From a virus, in the IMG/VR virus record IMGVR_UViG_3300012936_000003, positions 1 through 64,000 of that record: a stretch of 64,000 bases of DNA; one strand, 5' to 3'. The translations under genes were made by a program, and so were the position numbers. Position 1 is the first letter of the stretch. Every line of letters begins with the position of its first letter. Positions 39,895 to 49,798 of the stretch are shown piece after piece. Under the pieces are notes generated by a model. It was not told the origin of the DNA, did no database searches, and saw only the letters and a list, made by a program, of their open reading frames with translations.

Positions 39895-40827
39895 TTAATT
39901 CACATTGTTATATCTAGACAAGATCCACTTCTCGGAGTGACCAGACGTGATATAATTTGCTTTAAATGTCTGTAGATTAACCTTGTTCATAACCAAAGAT
40001 AATTTGGTCTGGGTTAAGTGATTAATCATTGTTGAAATACCAATCGGAATTACAGGAATTGATGGAGATGTTGGTAAGCCAAACAGTGGAGACTGATGGA
40101 AATGACAAGTGAGCACAGAATTAAACTGCATCTGAATCATAAGCATGTTGTCCACAATCCCATTTAATTTGTCCACGTGTTTAACCAATTGCTGTAAAGC
40201 AGTCACAAGTTTTTTACCTTTAACGATTGGTTCCAAACCTTCGTCGTCATTACCTGCAATCAAATCAATTCCATACACAGACTTACTTTCACTTGTTTGT
40301 GAGTTCTCCCTGTCAGTTCTTGTCACCAGTTTAATACCTTCTCTACCAATAACTCTTACTGCATCTGCCTTGATGCCAATAGCAGACTTGGCTTTTGATC
40401 TGGGCATTGAACCCAAGACAAGATTAAAGTTTGAATCAATGTCAGTCTTTTGACTTAAATAAATTCTAGCAGAATCACGAGTAAAGTCTGGATCACACAT
40501 TGCACGTTCGCCGTTCTCTTGCCTCTCAATGGCACGACGACCCATTCTTCCGACCACCAAATCCATCATTCCAGCATGAGTGTGCCCTTTACCACCGTAG
40601 CCGCTTGCACGAGAACCGGGGCGGTCTCTGCCCAGCACGACCCATGAGTTGTTTGCACCCTTGATAACTTTTTCACAACCAGCATTAATAAATTGAGGCA
40701 CACCCTCTCTCATTGCTTCGCACAAAACACCGCTGGCATCTGTAGAAGAAGGATCTGCATCTTTAATTTTTCTTGCGACGGTTGAATCAACCGAGCTAAT
40801 ATCAATACCTTTTACTCTATCGCTCAT
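39895..40827 (-). CDS. Baseplate central spike-like protein (gp5 C-terminal/gpV-like)
   Basis: Beta-rich IKADAVRVIGREGIKLVT, EPIVKGKKL, then an HFH motif typical of metal-binding spike tips; follows the gp5-like gene. Confidence 0.6.
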   Translation of the reverse strand: MSDRVKGIDISSVDSTVARKIKDADPSSTDASGVLCEAMREGVPQFINAGCEKVIKGANNSWVVLGRDRPGSRASGYGGKGHTHAGMMDLVVGRMGRRAIERQENGERAMCDPDFTRDSARIYLSQKTDIDSNFNLVLGSMPRSKAKSAIGIKADAVRVIGREGIKLVTRTDRENSQTSESKSVYGIDLIAGNDDEGLEPIVKGKKLVTALQQLVKHVDKLNGIVDNMLMIQMQFNSVLTCHFHQSPLFGLPTSPSIPVIPIGISTMINHLTQTKLSLVMNKVNLQTFKANYITSGHSEKWILSRYNNVN

Positions 40828-40839
40828 CTCATTCCTTTA

Positions 40840-43800
40840 CTAGCATGGTGACCAGTTAACGTCCTTGCTCTTACCAGAGAACCCTAAGTTTCTAAAAACA
40901 CGTCTTTTGTGTTTTGCAACGGGGGAACATCTAAATTTACTATCGCTGTGAATCTTCAGCATCGTGGTTTCCCAAGTCTCGCCAGCAGGCAAGTTGCCTG
41001 CATATTGAAAGTGCCACCATTCGGATCCCATCGTGTTTGAACTACAATTTTTAAAATAACTCTTTCTTCCGCCAATTGGCTTATAATTGAATGCTCTAAA
41101 TAGTTGCGTAAGATTAATAAAGTTGCCAGTAACTTGTTTTATTATGGGCTCTCCCTTTGTTCCTCGTGGGCAAACTCGTGCATCCAGAGTTAATCTTTCA
41201 ACCTTGTGTCCTTCATACTCTGTACCGGGCTCTTTGTTAGAGCGTGCCCAAACAACCCACATTCTATTTCCGGGGTATCCCCCTTCTGGATCGTATGTTA
41301 CCACGAATTCACACTCGTTCAAATTCGCCGACGGATAAAGACTGCCAGCATGTGTGTAAATATCAAACGCCATGAATGTGTAGTGGAAAGATGTGGTGCT
41401 TCTGTTTTTATTATTTGGATCATAATTTGCGAGACCACGACCGGTGCCACCCGAAGGTAGAACGCCACCAAGTTCATTAAGAACCTTCTTAACTCCAATC
41501 ATGTCGTTCGCTGCATCTTCTCGCATGTATGCGTTGTTGCCGCCCTTACCTGCACAGAAGTCTGTTCGGATTGCGTCAAACTTAATCTTCACTTTTTTCG
41601 CCTTTGGTTCTGACAGTGGAACCCCTTCTCCTTGATATGTAGGGTTAGGAGTAGATGGACCACCGCTGAATGCGCCGCCACCGCCGTAGCCGCCGCCGCC
41701 AGAGCCGCCAGCGCCACCACCTCCAGCACCGCCTGCACCGCCGCCGGGTGAACACCCACCTCCATTTGTCGGAGTCGTACCTCCGCTGCCAACCTGTCCT
41801 GACGGTCCTTCCGGAGCCGGTTTTGGTGGTTCTGGTGGGGGAGGAGGAGGCTCTGGTGCTTTGTATTCTTCCCAGTAAGTCAGACCCCCTTTGAAATAAG
41901 CAATTAATTTTTGACAAGGATCAACATAATCCCCAAAAACCTGTGGAACCTGATAATCACGCTGGGGTATAAAATCGCCTGCCGCTGTTTTAACAATAGC
42001 TGGCTTGCCTTCGCCAGCCTTGCAGGGTAGAGCCTCCGCAGATAAATATGGTTTATCAGCATCGCTCATTCCGTTTTGATCTGTAACGATCAAATACGGG
42101 TGTACGGGTGGCATTGGACCACCCTTTTTTCTACTCCTCAGTATATTCTCTGGTGATTTTTCCAGCCACTCGTAAAATAAATCTCTTGGAGTCTTTTTCG
42201 CTTCTTCGCTTTTATTTTCTTCTTTGTTATCTTTAACTGTCGTAGCCCCCTCCGTTTTTGCTTTTGGATCTTCTTTTTCAGAATCAGCCTTTGGGTTAGG
42301 GTCTGTCCTAGTAACTTCTTGTTCTGCCACGCCGGTCTCAGGATTGATCAAACCAGAAATGGAGCCTTTGAGTTTTCCAATAAAACTCGTTTCTTCTTTC
42401 TTTTCGCCGCCTTCAGCGGCTGCTCCATCACTGGTAGTTGCTTCAATGTCTTGCCAACCTTCCGGCTTTAAATCTTTGAACAACGTCGGGCAAAGCTGTT
42501 TTGCCAGTGTGGGTGTCCAAGGAATAAGTGGTCTGCCGTTTGAATGGGGAATGTTGTGCTTATTACACAACTCAATGCACCCAGCCCACGCTTTCTGCAT
42601 TTCTTCAGGCTCATAAACAGCCACAAACATCTTAGAACGCACTTTTTGATGCCAATATGGAAACAGGTGCGATCCTACACCGCCGAAGCTACCGCCCGAC
42701 TCAACCGTCCGGAGAAGACCTCCCGGTCCAATAAACGTAGTCAAAATATGAGTCCCGCCGTGTGGTCTTGGGTTTCTCTGTTCCCGAGGAGTAACTGGTG
42801 AGTTGTGTGACAAAACTTTGTTAGCCTCTGTAATCTTTGCACGGGAACCAATAAAAATCTGATCACCGGGCATAACTGGTGGGTGGTCGGCAGCACCCCA
42901 CTCTGTGTTTGGGTCTGTGTTTGGGTCTTTAATACAAACTAAACTTCTAGCCTGACCACGACGATAGTTAGACACGGCGCAATGGTTGGGACCATTGAAA
43001 CCATATCCATTACCCATGTAGTCACGACCAAAACTTCCATTTGCACGACCTTTCATAGCTGGACCCCAACCCGTGATTCCATACACCACTGAGTGCCATG
43101 GCAAGTCAATTGTGCTACCCTCTGGGACGCAGCCTTTTTCTTGACCTTCCGACAAGTATCCCTTACCTGTCCAGCCACGGAATCTAGAAATCTCTAATCC
43201 ATTAAAATTTGTGTCCTTGCTCATCATAAGCTCTACCATGCACCTTGACAAGTTTGTGAAACCAGAACAATCAATTCCACCCTTTTCATAAAACCAATGT
43301 TTGCAACCCCATCCGTAAGGTCTACCACACTGATCTTCAGCCACTAGACGCTGGGCAAAGATAATTCTTTCATGGTAGGTCGGTAAGCTATTGACACATC
43401 CGATGCCAATATTTGCACTAACGGCAACACCCCTGCCGCCCTTCTCAACATAACGAATAAAAGCCGGTCTGTATAGGTGCGCTTTTCCGTTAGCTTTTGA
43501 GTTTGGTGGGTAAGATGGTGTCGTAGTTTGAAAGCAATTCTCGCACGTCTGAGGCGTAGAAGAACCAAAACTTGTAGCTGGTGGTAGTGGTCTAGACTTT
43601 TTAGGGTGTGAATTACAAACCTGCTTTTGTTTAGCTAGGGGCGCATAAGCCTGAACTGGAAACTTTTTATATACCTCAGCGGCATTGGCTGCTGCTAGTT
43701 TTTGAAACTCAGCCGTGTATTCAACCGCCTCACCGGGAGCGCCTGTTGGACCTCCACCTCCGCTGCCGGGACCGCCGCCGACTGGACCGTTAGCTGCATC

Positions 43801-44388
43801 GGCAGCGCATGTGGTGTCTGCTGGTTTCGGTGACGGCTCCGCAAAGACTTTTCCAATATAATAAGGATCTTCAAACGTCTCAATATTTCCGAAGCTAACC
43901 CAGACTAAATCGCCAGCTTCTGCATCCTCTACGTCTGAAGTTCTCGCAACAAAAGTTGGGTATAAATTTATTTTAGTGTATTCAGGATCTACTGCACCTT
44001 CTTGGTATGGAAGATATTTTTTCACTCTAGGCAGATCAACATGAAGTTCGGGAATGTAAACCTTGAATTGCTTCAACGGGTAAGGCATCTGCTCTTGGTT
44101 TTCACCCTCTTTCTGGTCTCCAAAGTAGCTCTGTAACCAAGAGTCTCTTGGTAGCTCATCTGGATCTTCTCCTGTAATTTCAGGTAGTTTTTGAATTACA
44201 ATTCCACGATATGGACCTGTGCCCGTCCTTGCATTAGGGGTCATTGCTTTCATTGCCGCCATCTTAATGGCACGCATTGAACCACCATTGGTCGGGTCTG
44301 GTGCTCCACTGGTTGGACTGGGGCGTACCGCTGGGTTTAGTACGCCGTATCCAATTTGTTTAACCTCTGCATCTGATAGTTTTCCCAT
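40840..44388 (-). CDS. gp5-like baseplate hub protein with NlpC/P60 and M15 (D-Ala-D-Ala-type) peptidoglycan peptidase domains
   Basis: OB-fold-like N-terminus (GPYRGIV…KVYIPEL…GDLVWVSF). PYGWG…GIDCSGF…PGDQIF…THI (NlpC/P60). SFHYTFMAFD…EWWHFQY (M15). Gly/Pro linkers between domains. Confidence 0.75.
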   Translation of the reverse strand: MGKLSDAEVKQIGYGVLNPAVRPSPTSGAPDPTNGGSMRAIKMAAMKAMTPNARTGTGPYRGIVIQKLPEITGEDPDELPRDSWLQSYFGDQKEGENQEQMPYPLKQFKVYIPELHVDLPRVKKYLPYQEGAVDPEYTKINLYPTFVARTSDVEDAEAGDLVWVSFGNIETFEDPYYIGKVFAEPSPKPADTTCAADAANGPVGGGPGSGGGGPTGAPGEAVEYTAEFQKLAAANAAEVYKKFPVQAYAPLAKQKQVCNSHPKKSRPLPPATSFGSSTPQTCENCFQTTTPSYPPNSKANGKAHLYRPAFIRYVEKGGRGVAVSANIGIGCVNSLPTYHERIIFAQRLVAEDQCGRPYGWGCKHWFYEKGGIDCSGFTNLSRCMVELMMSKDTNFNGLEISRFRGWTGKGYLSEGQEKGCVPEGSTIDLPWHSVVYGITGWGPAMKGRANGSFGRDYMGNGYGFNGPNHCAVSNYRRGQARSLVCIKDPNTDPNTEWGAADHPPVMPGDQIFIGSRAKITEANKVLSHNSPVTPREQRNPRPHGGTHILTTFIGPGGLLRTVESGGSFGGVGSHLFPYWHQKVRSKMFVAVYEPEEMQKAWAGCIELCNKHNIPHSNGRPLIPWTPTLAKQLCPTLFKDLKPEGWQDIEATTSDGAAAEGGEKKEETSFIGKLKGSISGLINPETGVAEQEVTRTDPNPKADSEKEDPKAKTEGATTVKDNKEENKSEEAKKTPRDLFYEWLEKSPENILRSRKKGGPMPPVHPYLIVTDQNGMSDADKPYLSAEALPCKAGEGKPAIVKTAAGDFIPQRDYQVPQVFGDYVDPCQKLIAYFKGGLTYWEEYKAPEPPPPPPEPPKPAPEGPSGQVGSGGTTPTNGGGCSPGGGAGGAGGGGAGGSGGGGYGGGGAFSGGPSTPNPTYQGEGVPLSEPKAKKVKIKFDAIRTDFCAGKGGNNAYMREDAANDMIGVKKVLNELGGVLPSGGTGRGLANYDPNNKNRSTTSFHYTFMAFDIYTHAGSLYPSANLNECEFVVTYDPEGGYPGNRMWVVWARSNKEPGTEYEGHKVERLTLDARVCPRGTKGEPIIKQVTGNFINLTQLFRAFNYKPIGGRKSYFKNCSSNTMGSEWWHFQYAGNLPAGETWETTMLKIHSDSKFRCSPVAKHKRRVFRNLGFSGKSKDVNWSPC

Positions 44389-44398
44389 TCATCTTTTG

Positions 44399-44704
44399 TC
44401 AGTCCTCGTCGCCGTTGGACTGATCGCCTCCATTGATAATGTCATAAATCTCATCTTTAAGCTCGGATGAAATCTCTGCTTTTGAGCCACTATCTCGTTT
44501 GACGATTGAGGTTATTTTTACCAACTGTTCATTTGAGCGTTGCAGTGTTTCTAGATATTTTGCAGCAACCAGACCTACCGACTGATGGTCGCCTTGTCCA
44601 GCCATGTTGGAGATAAGATCTGTTAAAAGTTTAGATGCTAAGGCTCTATCGTCACGAATGTTTCGTGTCGCTTCGTCAACATATTCTTTTAGTTTTTTAT
44701 CCAC
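44399..44704 (-). CDS. Hypothetical helical protein, 101 aa
   Basis: GTG start; fills the gap between the sigma factor and the hub gene. Confidence 0.7.
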   Translation of the reverse strand: MDKKLKEYVDEATRNIRDDRALASKLLTDLISNMAGQGDHQSVGLVAAKYLETLQRSNEQLVKITSIVKRDSGSKAEISSELKDEIYDIINGGDQSNGDED

Positions 44705-44716
44705 CTGACCTGCCCC

Positions 44717-45439
44717 CTAGATATTACCGTCGTTCCACTCTGACATGAAAACCCTATATTTGGCTCGTAGTTTGTTCAGATTATTAACAACTTGTTTTGT
44801 GTTCAACCCTGTTAATTCTCTAATGTATAAATAAATAGCTTTCTTATTGAAAATTTCAATATCGTCTGGGTTTTCCATCAATACACATATTGCCTTATAG
44901 ACCTTTTCTTCGTTGGTTTTCATAGGCATCTTACCCCACTCACGAATCTCTCCCCATAGAGAATTCCAAAACTCCTCCTGTTCTCTTGTCTTGAGATAAG
45001 GGTTGTTCGTAGACATGTGTTTTTCTTCAATAGATTTGGGAAGTTCGTCAAATGTGATCTCTCTACGGTTCCTATAGGAATTCTTTTTCACCTTGTGGAT
45101 AAACCAGTTTTTCGTGATAACCGAGAAATAAGAGAATGCCTTTGAGCCCTTGCTCGGATCAAACTTTTCTAGAACAGTAGTTAACCAAACTTTGCACTCA
45201 TCCTTCAAGTCATCAATATTGGGAAGTGTCGTAAACTTATACGTGTATACGATCTTATCTACCATCTCGTTGAATGCAGGCTGAATCCACTCCCTATAGA
45301 GATGTTCTCGTTCATCCTTATCTAATGATGCAGAGTATGCAACAATCGCATCCTCATGTTCCTGACGAAAGTAGTGACGACCTGAGCCCCTGCGTCTTCT
45401 TCTTACTTTCTTCTTTGGTTTTTCCTCAGTCTGACTCAT
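44717..45439 (-). CDS. Late-transcription sigma factor (T4 gp55-like), 240 aa
   Basis: Basic N-terminus then HYF; region-2 motif DDLKDEC…LEKFDPSKGSKAFSYFSVITKNWF. Start moved to MSQTEE, after GGAGG. Confidence 0.8.
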   Translation of the reverse strand: MSQTEEKPKKKVRRRRRGSGRHYFRQEHEDAIVAYSASLDKDEREHLYREWIQPAFNEMVDKIVYTYKFTTLPNIDDLKDECKVWLTTVLEKFDPSKGSKAFSYFSVITKNWFIHKVKKNSYRNRREITFDELPKSIEEKHMSTNNPYLKTREQEEFWNSLWGEIREWGKMPMKTNEEKVYKAICVLMENPDDIEIFNKKAIYLYIRELTGLNTKQVVNNLNKLRAKYRVFMSEWNDGNI

Positions 45440-45743
45440 ATTCTTCATCCTCCGTTTCTTCTTCAAATAAAATGGTAGAGTCAATGTCTGCAAGAGACTC
45501 AGCCAAAGATTTTGTATGGTCTAGCAGACCTCGCAAGGTCTCGTCTCCGTAAAAGGTATCTAAACCGTAAACAGTTTCAAGATGCTCTACGAAGTCACTA
45601 ACTTCTTCTGATAATTCTTTATTTTTTTCAATCATTACTGCCATCTTCATCAGAACTTTCCTAACGTACCACACCATCAGACCTGCGGTAGTCAGAGAAA
45701 AAATAGAAAATAAAATAATAATAATATCTACGGCAGTGCTCAT
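45426..45743 (-). CDS. Single-TM membrane protein with acidic tail
   Basis: IIIILFSIFSLTTAGLMVWYV TM; ATGA overlap with the upstream gene. Confidence 0.7.
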   Translation of the reverse strand: MSTAVDIIIILFSIFSLTTAGLMVWYVRKVLMKMAVMIEKNKELSEEVSDFVEHLETVYGLDTFYGDETLRGLLDHTKSLAESLADIDSTILFEEETEDEEYESD

Positions 45744-45988
45744 GATTCGTACTCCTTTGAGGAACTTTGCCTGTCCTCTTTCAGTGCCTCTCTCGCTTCC
45801 CTGATTGAACGTTTTACGACATCGCCAGCCTTTGATTCGTTAGGCTTTGCGTTGTAAGACACATATGGAAGAACTCTGACAAGCGTTTCTTCACCACACT
45901 CTGGGCACATTGTCAGAGTTTCTTCCATCGTGTGCCTTGTTTGAAACTCATGCTCACATGATTCACAAGCATAAGTATATCTAGGCAT
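45740..45988 (-). CDS. FmdB-family zinc ribbon protein
   Basis: MPRYTYACESCEHEF…CPECG. Confidence 0.88.
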   Translation of the reverse strand: MPRYTYACESCEHEFQTRHTMEETLTMCPECGEETLVRVLPYVSYNAKPNESKAGDVVKRSIREAREALKEDRQSSSKEYES

Positions 45989-46194
45989 TAAGACTCGTCC
46001 GTCTCAGTAAGAACCACCGATGGTGCTTGTGCTTTTACCGTTGGTGGGTTCGTCACTACGAGTTCTGAAGCATCTGGCTCCGAATCAAAAGCAAAGTTCA
46101 TATCCCGAAGAACAGGAACAATGTCGCTCTGCTCCATTAGTGACTTTTGTAGTGCCATCATAAGGGCACCAATAGCTTGATTAGACAATTTCAT
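45988..46194 (-). CDS. Hypothetical protein, 68 aa
   Basis: Coupled to both neighbours by TAATG overlaps; GGAGG RBS. Confidence 0.75.
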   Translation of the reverse strand: MKLSNQAIGALMMALQKSLMEQSDIVPVLRDMNFAFDSEPDASELVVTNPPTVKAQAPSVVLTETDES

Positions 46195-47402
46195 TACAAT
46201 ACCTCCATAATTGAATTAAATAATTTTTGTCCTTGTTCACCTTCTTGAAAAGATGATACAATATGTTTTTGTAACTTCTTGGCGTTCTTTTGAGATTGAA
46301 TATCTCCATTGCGAACAGAACGCATCTTGAATTTTAAATCTTCCAAATCAACATAACACCAGTTTGTACCCTTTTCAATTACCCCATTCCAGACTGCCTC
46401 ATCTTGCACTGGCAAAACCTTATGTTCCACCCCAACGATGTGAGACTTTTCTTTCTTAGAGTTCTTTGCAGGCTTAAACGAAGTGAAATCCGTATAACCA
46501 CTCCACTCGGGAGCAATAATTTGCACCCCTGATGCCGCTGCTTCAAAGATTGGTAGCCCGAAGCCTTCTCCATGAGATGTACTCACATATGCGGAGATTG
46601 CGTCATCAGAATATAGTGACCTCATTTGACCATCAGTCAAATTTCCATGAATTAGGTGAATTTTACACTTTCTATCTGGGAAGTTGTCTAACAAACTCTT
46701 GATTGCCGACTTAGTGTTTTCCCTATCCTTTAGAGAATTGTTCTTAATATTGAGCTTGACAACATAACCAACATCAGAATCATTATGAAACTCCTCAAGG
46801 AAAGCAATGAGTGCTGTTTCAATGTTCTTTCGTGGACTCACTTGCGCCACTGTCAAGAAATTAAAATCGGTCGTGACGTACTTCTCAAACTGTGGAATTT
46901 CTTCTGACTGAACGTTTCTATACGGAAACGACACAACATCAATGTTTGTGTTTGCAGAAATTTCTCTCTCCTCTCCAAACGGATCTTTAAGAAATGTCTT
47001 CGCCTGAAGGAAACCATTTTTTGAATGTTGGGATGGGACAATAATCTTGTCTACCAAGTGCGTTCCCCGGATCCAAGAGTCAGAAATTCTGTCTGTCTCA
47101 ATGCCAGCCGTGATGCCGATGTTTTTCTCACAGATTCGGACCCACTCATTTGGAACTGTAATCTGGATTGACGCATCTGCATTTAAAGAATTACCTGCAT
47201 CAATGGTTTTTAGGAGGAGAGAATCTACCCATTGTCTCTCCTCATCATCTTCAAACTTCCAGCTAGTCGCACCCCAAGGAGTGTTGATAAGATAAATGTC
47301 CACTTTGTCTTCATTCGCCCTTAGAGAGCGCAAAACGAATCGTGCATGTTCACCATACCCAGAACGGGAAAGAACCGGACCTCTTACAATAATTTTTTTC
47401 AT
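46194..47402 (-). CDS. GT-B (GT4-like) glycosyltransferase
   Basis: SRSGYG N-terminal loop, RKNI, SHGEGFGLPIFEAAASG (E-x7-E motif). Confidence 0.88.
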   Translation of the reverse strand: MKKIIVRGPVLSRSGYGEHARFVLRSLRANEDKVDIYLINTPWGATSWKFEDDEERQWVDSLLLKTIDAGNSLNADASIQITVPNEWVRICEKNIGITAGIETDRISDSWIRGTHLVDKIIVPSQHSKNGFLQAKTFLKDPFGEEREISANTNIDVVSFPYRNVQSEEIPQFEKYVTTDFNFLTVAQVSPRKNIETALIAFLEEFHNDSDVGYVVKLNIKNNSLKDRENTKSAIKSLLDNFPDRKCKIHLIHGNLTDGQMRSLYSDDAISAYVSTSHGEGFGLPIFEAAASGVQIIAPEWSGYTDFTSFKPAKNSKKEKSHIVGVEHKVLPVQDEAVWNGVIEKGTNWCYVDLEDLKFKMRSVRNGDIQSQKNAKKLQKHIVSSFQEGEQGQKLFNSIMEVL

Positions 47403-48670
47403 AACTGTTCAATACTCCAACTGTTGTAATTTTTTCTGTTATCCCAAGAACCATATTTGTCATGAACTTCTGTCATAATTTTATCCCAACTCTCGTGAAA
47501 CTTGTCAAATGCATAGTTTGTTAAAACGTGCTCACGTCCTGCCTTGCCCATTCGCCGCCGCTCGGCTGGAGGCATGTCGTACATTGCTTTTAAAGTCTTA
47601 ATGAACTGTTCTTTTGACACCCTATCTTCATAAATGTAAGGAACACCCTGTGAACTGTTCAGTGCTCTTGAAGCAGGTTCAATCCCGAGACCAAACCAAT
47701 CAGAGCCGTTCGTAACCTGCTCTTGCAGTCCACCGGTCATGTTAACAATGATTGGTGTCTCGCAAGCGAGAGATTCAAGTGTTGATAATCCAAAACCTTC
47801 TGCATCAGAAATATTAATTGTACAATCTGCCATGTTATAAATCATTGCAAGTTCGTTTGGAAGATATTTTGAAGACGAAATAAGAACTTCGCCGCCTGTT
47901 GCACCACGAGCCGTGATAAGGTGTGACAAATCGGCACCATACGGGTCTTGAGGGTCAGTGTGCATAATAAGAGAAACATTGTCTTTGCCAACTGTTTCTG
48001 CAAATTCAGAAAACCACCAAAGAACCGAAGCACTCATCTTGCGGCGGGCGTTTCTATTGTTCCAAAAGAAAACAAACCTATCTTCTCCACCAAGAGAGTT
48101 GATTTTAAAATCTTTAATTTTATCTTCATCAATCTTGTTAAAAACCTCTGTGTCAACCGTGTGTGGAAGATAATAATTATCTAACTCTGGTGTCACTTTA
48201 TTGACTACATCGTGAGTTAACTTTGAGATTGATACAATTGCATCATTTGAGAGATATGCCTCACGGTTAAAATGCGGGACTGGATAGTTGTCCCAAACAT
48301 GATAGTAAACAATTGGAACCAATGGACGAATCTCGTCTTCCATTTGCCAGAGCCACTGATACCACTTAGGGTCGGTCATGATCCACATAATATCTGGTCG
48401 TTCTGTACGAAGAACCGACCGAATAATTTCTGGTGTTCCAAAATATTCTTCTGGTTTTCCTGTTCCACCAACGGGGAAAATTTTCCAATCGTCTCCGTAC
48501 TTTTCTGTAACGACGGGGGTGTTATTATTGTTGGTAACTGCACCACCCAAGCTGACTACAGAATACTTTCCAGTATCCAACAGCCCCTCAATCGTATATC
48601 TTGACTGAATACCAACACCTGAAGGTGTAAATGGGTGGTCGCCAAGAGTTAAAATTTTTATCTTTTTCAT
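47399..48670 (-). CDS. GT-B (GT4-like) glycosyltransferase, 423 aa
   Basis: Start moved to MKKIKILTLGD; NRNARRK; SDAEGFGLSTLESLACETPII. Confidence 0.88.
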   Translation of the reverse strand: MKKIKILTLGDHPFTPSGVGIQSRYTIEGLLDTGKYSVVSLGGAVTNNNNTPVVTEKYGDDWKIFPVGGTGKPEEYFGTPEIIRSVLRTERPDIMWIMTDPKWYQWLWQMEDEIRPLVPIVYYHVWDNYPVPHFNREAYLSNDAIVSISKLTHDVVNKVTPELDNYYLPHTVDTEVFNKIDEDKIKDFKINSLGGEDRFVFFWNNRNARRKMSASVLWWFSEFAETVGKDNVSLIMHTDPQDPYGADLSHLITARGATGGEVLISSSKYLPNELAMIYNMADCTINISDAEGFGLSTLESLACETPIIVNMTGGLQEQVTNGSDWFGLGIEPASRALNSSQGVPYIYEDRVSKEQFIKTLKAMYDMPPAERRRMGKAGREHVLTNYAFDKFHESWDKIMTEVHDKYGSWDNRKNYNSWSIEQL

Positions 48671-48671
48671 T

Positions 48672-49463
48672 TTATTTCCTTGTACAATGCTTAGTGTTGT
48701 AGAATTCACACATACCATACTGACCACTGCAAGCCAAACGATTCTTAATATGATTCTTGTTCTGAATGTTGTAAATTGCCTTGTTCAAAAGATTCATTGC
48801 ATTATCCGTCTTCTTCTTTCCTGAAGAAACAACAAAAAACTCAACTAAATCTTTCTTTGCTGTTCTCTTTAATAGGGCAAAATGAGTTTCAATATCTGAT
48901 GGTTCTACATCGTGCTTCATCGCATAAAAATTCTTATACAGGGTTAGCTGGTATGTGGTCATCGGCTCCGTTCTCCGTCTCATGTCCCAACCCCAAGAAC
49001 ATGTTTTCCAGTCAATAATATGAACTTTTCCATCTGGCGTTTTTAGAACCAAGTCAATATAGCCCTTGAACTTATAGTCTTCATACCCCGGAATACCTTC
49101 CATGAGGCTTTCCTCGGTTTTTAAAATCTCATATCCATCTGGAAAGTATTTGTTGAGTGCTGGAATTACACGGACTGCAAGTTCTCTCCCTGCGGATCTC
49201 ATCGCTTCCACGGTCTTGCGGTCTAGACCTTCCACAATCTCACGGGGAAGTTTTTTCAGTTCACCAAGGAACGCTATCTCAAACTTCTCAACCTCATTAA
49301 CTGTCTCGTCAAGGAGTTTAGTTTCGCAAACCTCGTGAAGTGCTGTTCCGAAAGCAGTATATTCGTTGCCTTGAAAGATCTTCAGCTTGTCAATGTTGAC
49401 AAGTTTGTGATACCAAGGGCACGTATTCCAATTTTTTAATTCAGAAAAAGATATGTGTGGCAT
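48672..49463 (-). CDS. PD-(D/E)XK nuclease (RecB/Cas4-like exonuclease)
   Basis: HISFS…CP, FGTALHEVCE, FKGYIDLV, IIDWKT, QLTLY, C-terminal Cys cluster. Confidence 0.85.
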   Translation of the reverse strand: MPHISFSELKNWNTCPWYHKLVNIDKLKIFQGNEYTAFGTALHEVCETKLLDETVNEVEKFEIAFLGELKKLPREIVEGLDRKTVEAMRSAGRELAVRVIPALNKYFPDGYEILKTEESLMEGIPGYEDYKFKGYIDLVLKTPDGKVHIIDWKTCSWGWDMRRRTEPMTTYQLTLYKNFYAMKHDVEPSDIETHFALLKRTAKKDLVEFFVVSSGKKKTDNAMNLLNKAIYNIQNKNHIKNRLACSGQYGMCEFYNTKHCTRK

Positions 49464-49471
49464 AATGTTAC

Positions 49472-49783
49472 CTATTCAGCCTTCTTTTTGCGCTTCTGCC
49501 TTCTTCTCAGGATAGCTGTCGTGCTGTTCTCTGGTTCTGTGGATGGAATTTTAATTGTCCATTTGCCAGTAACCTCTCCTCTAGCGTTGGTGATTGGGTT
49601 GCCAGAAATAACGGAAATCATGTCTGCACCCCCCTCTTGTGCAATCACCTGTAGCTCTCTCTCTGTTATCCTAGTAGCTGAGACTTTTGGGTGACGACAA
49701 TAAAGAGTAACTGTAATATAAGCCTCACCGATCTCTCTGTCAACCAAAACTTCGCATTTCTTTATGTCTTTTTTAAATTTCAC
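49472..49783 (-). CDS. Hypothetical protein with basic C-tail
   Basis: GTG start after GGAGG; fits the operon packing. Confidence 0.65.
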   Translation of the reverse strand: MKFKKDIKKCEVLVDREIGEAYITVTLYCRHPKVSATRITERELQVIAQEGGADMISVISGNPITNARGEVTGKWTIKIPSTEPENSTTAILRRRQKRKKKAE

Positions 49784-49798
49784 TGTGTGTCCTCCGAA

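Noticed and set aside
41660-41860. GC-rich Gly/Pro stretch as a collagen repeat or foreign insert
   Set aside because: It is poly-Gly and poly-Pro, not Gly-X-Y; best explained as an interdomain linker.
48672-49463. Cas4-like nuclease as a sign of CRISPR-Cas
   Set aside because: No repeat-spacer array or other cas gene was seen; stand-alone PD-(D/E)XK nucleases are common in phages.
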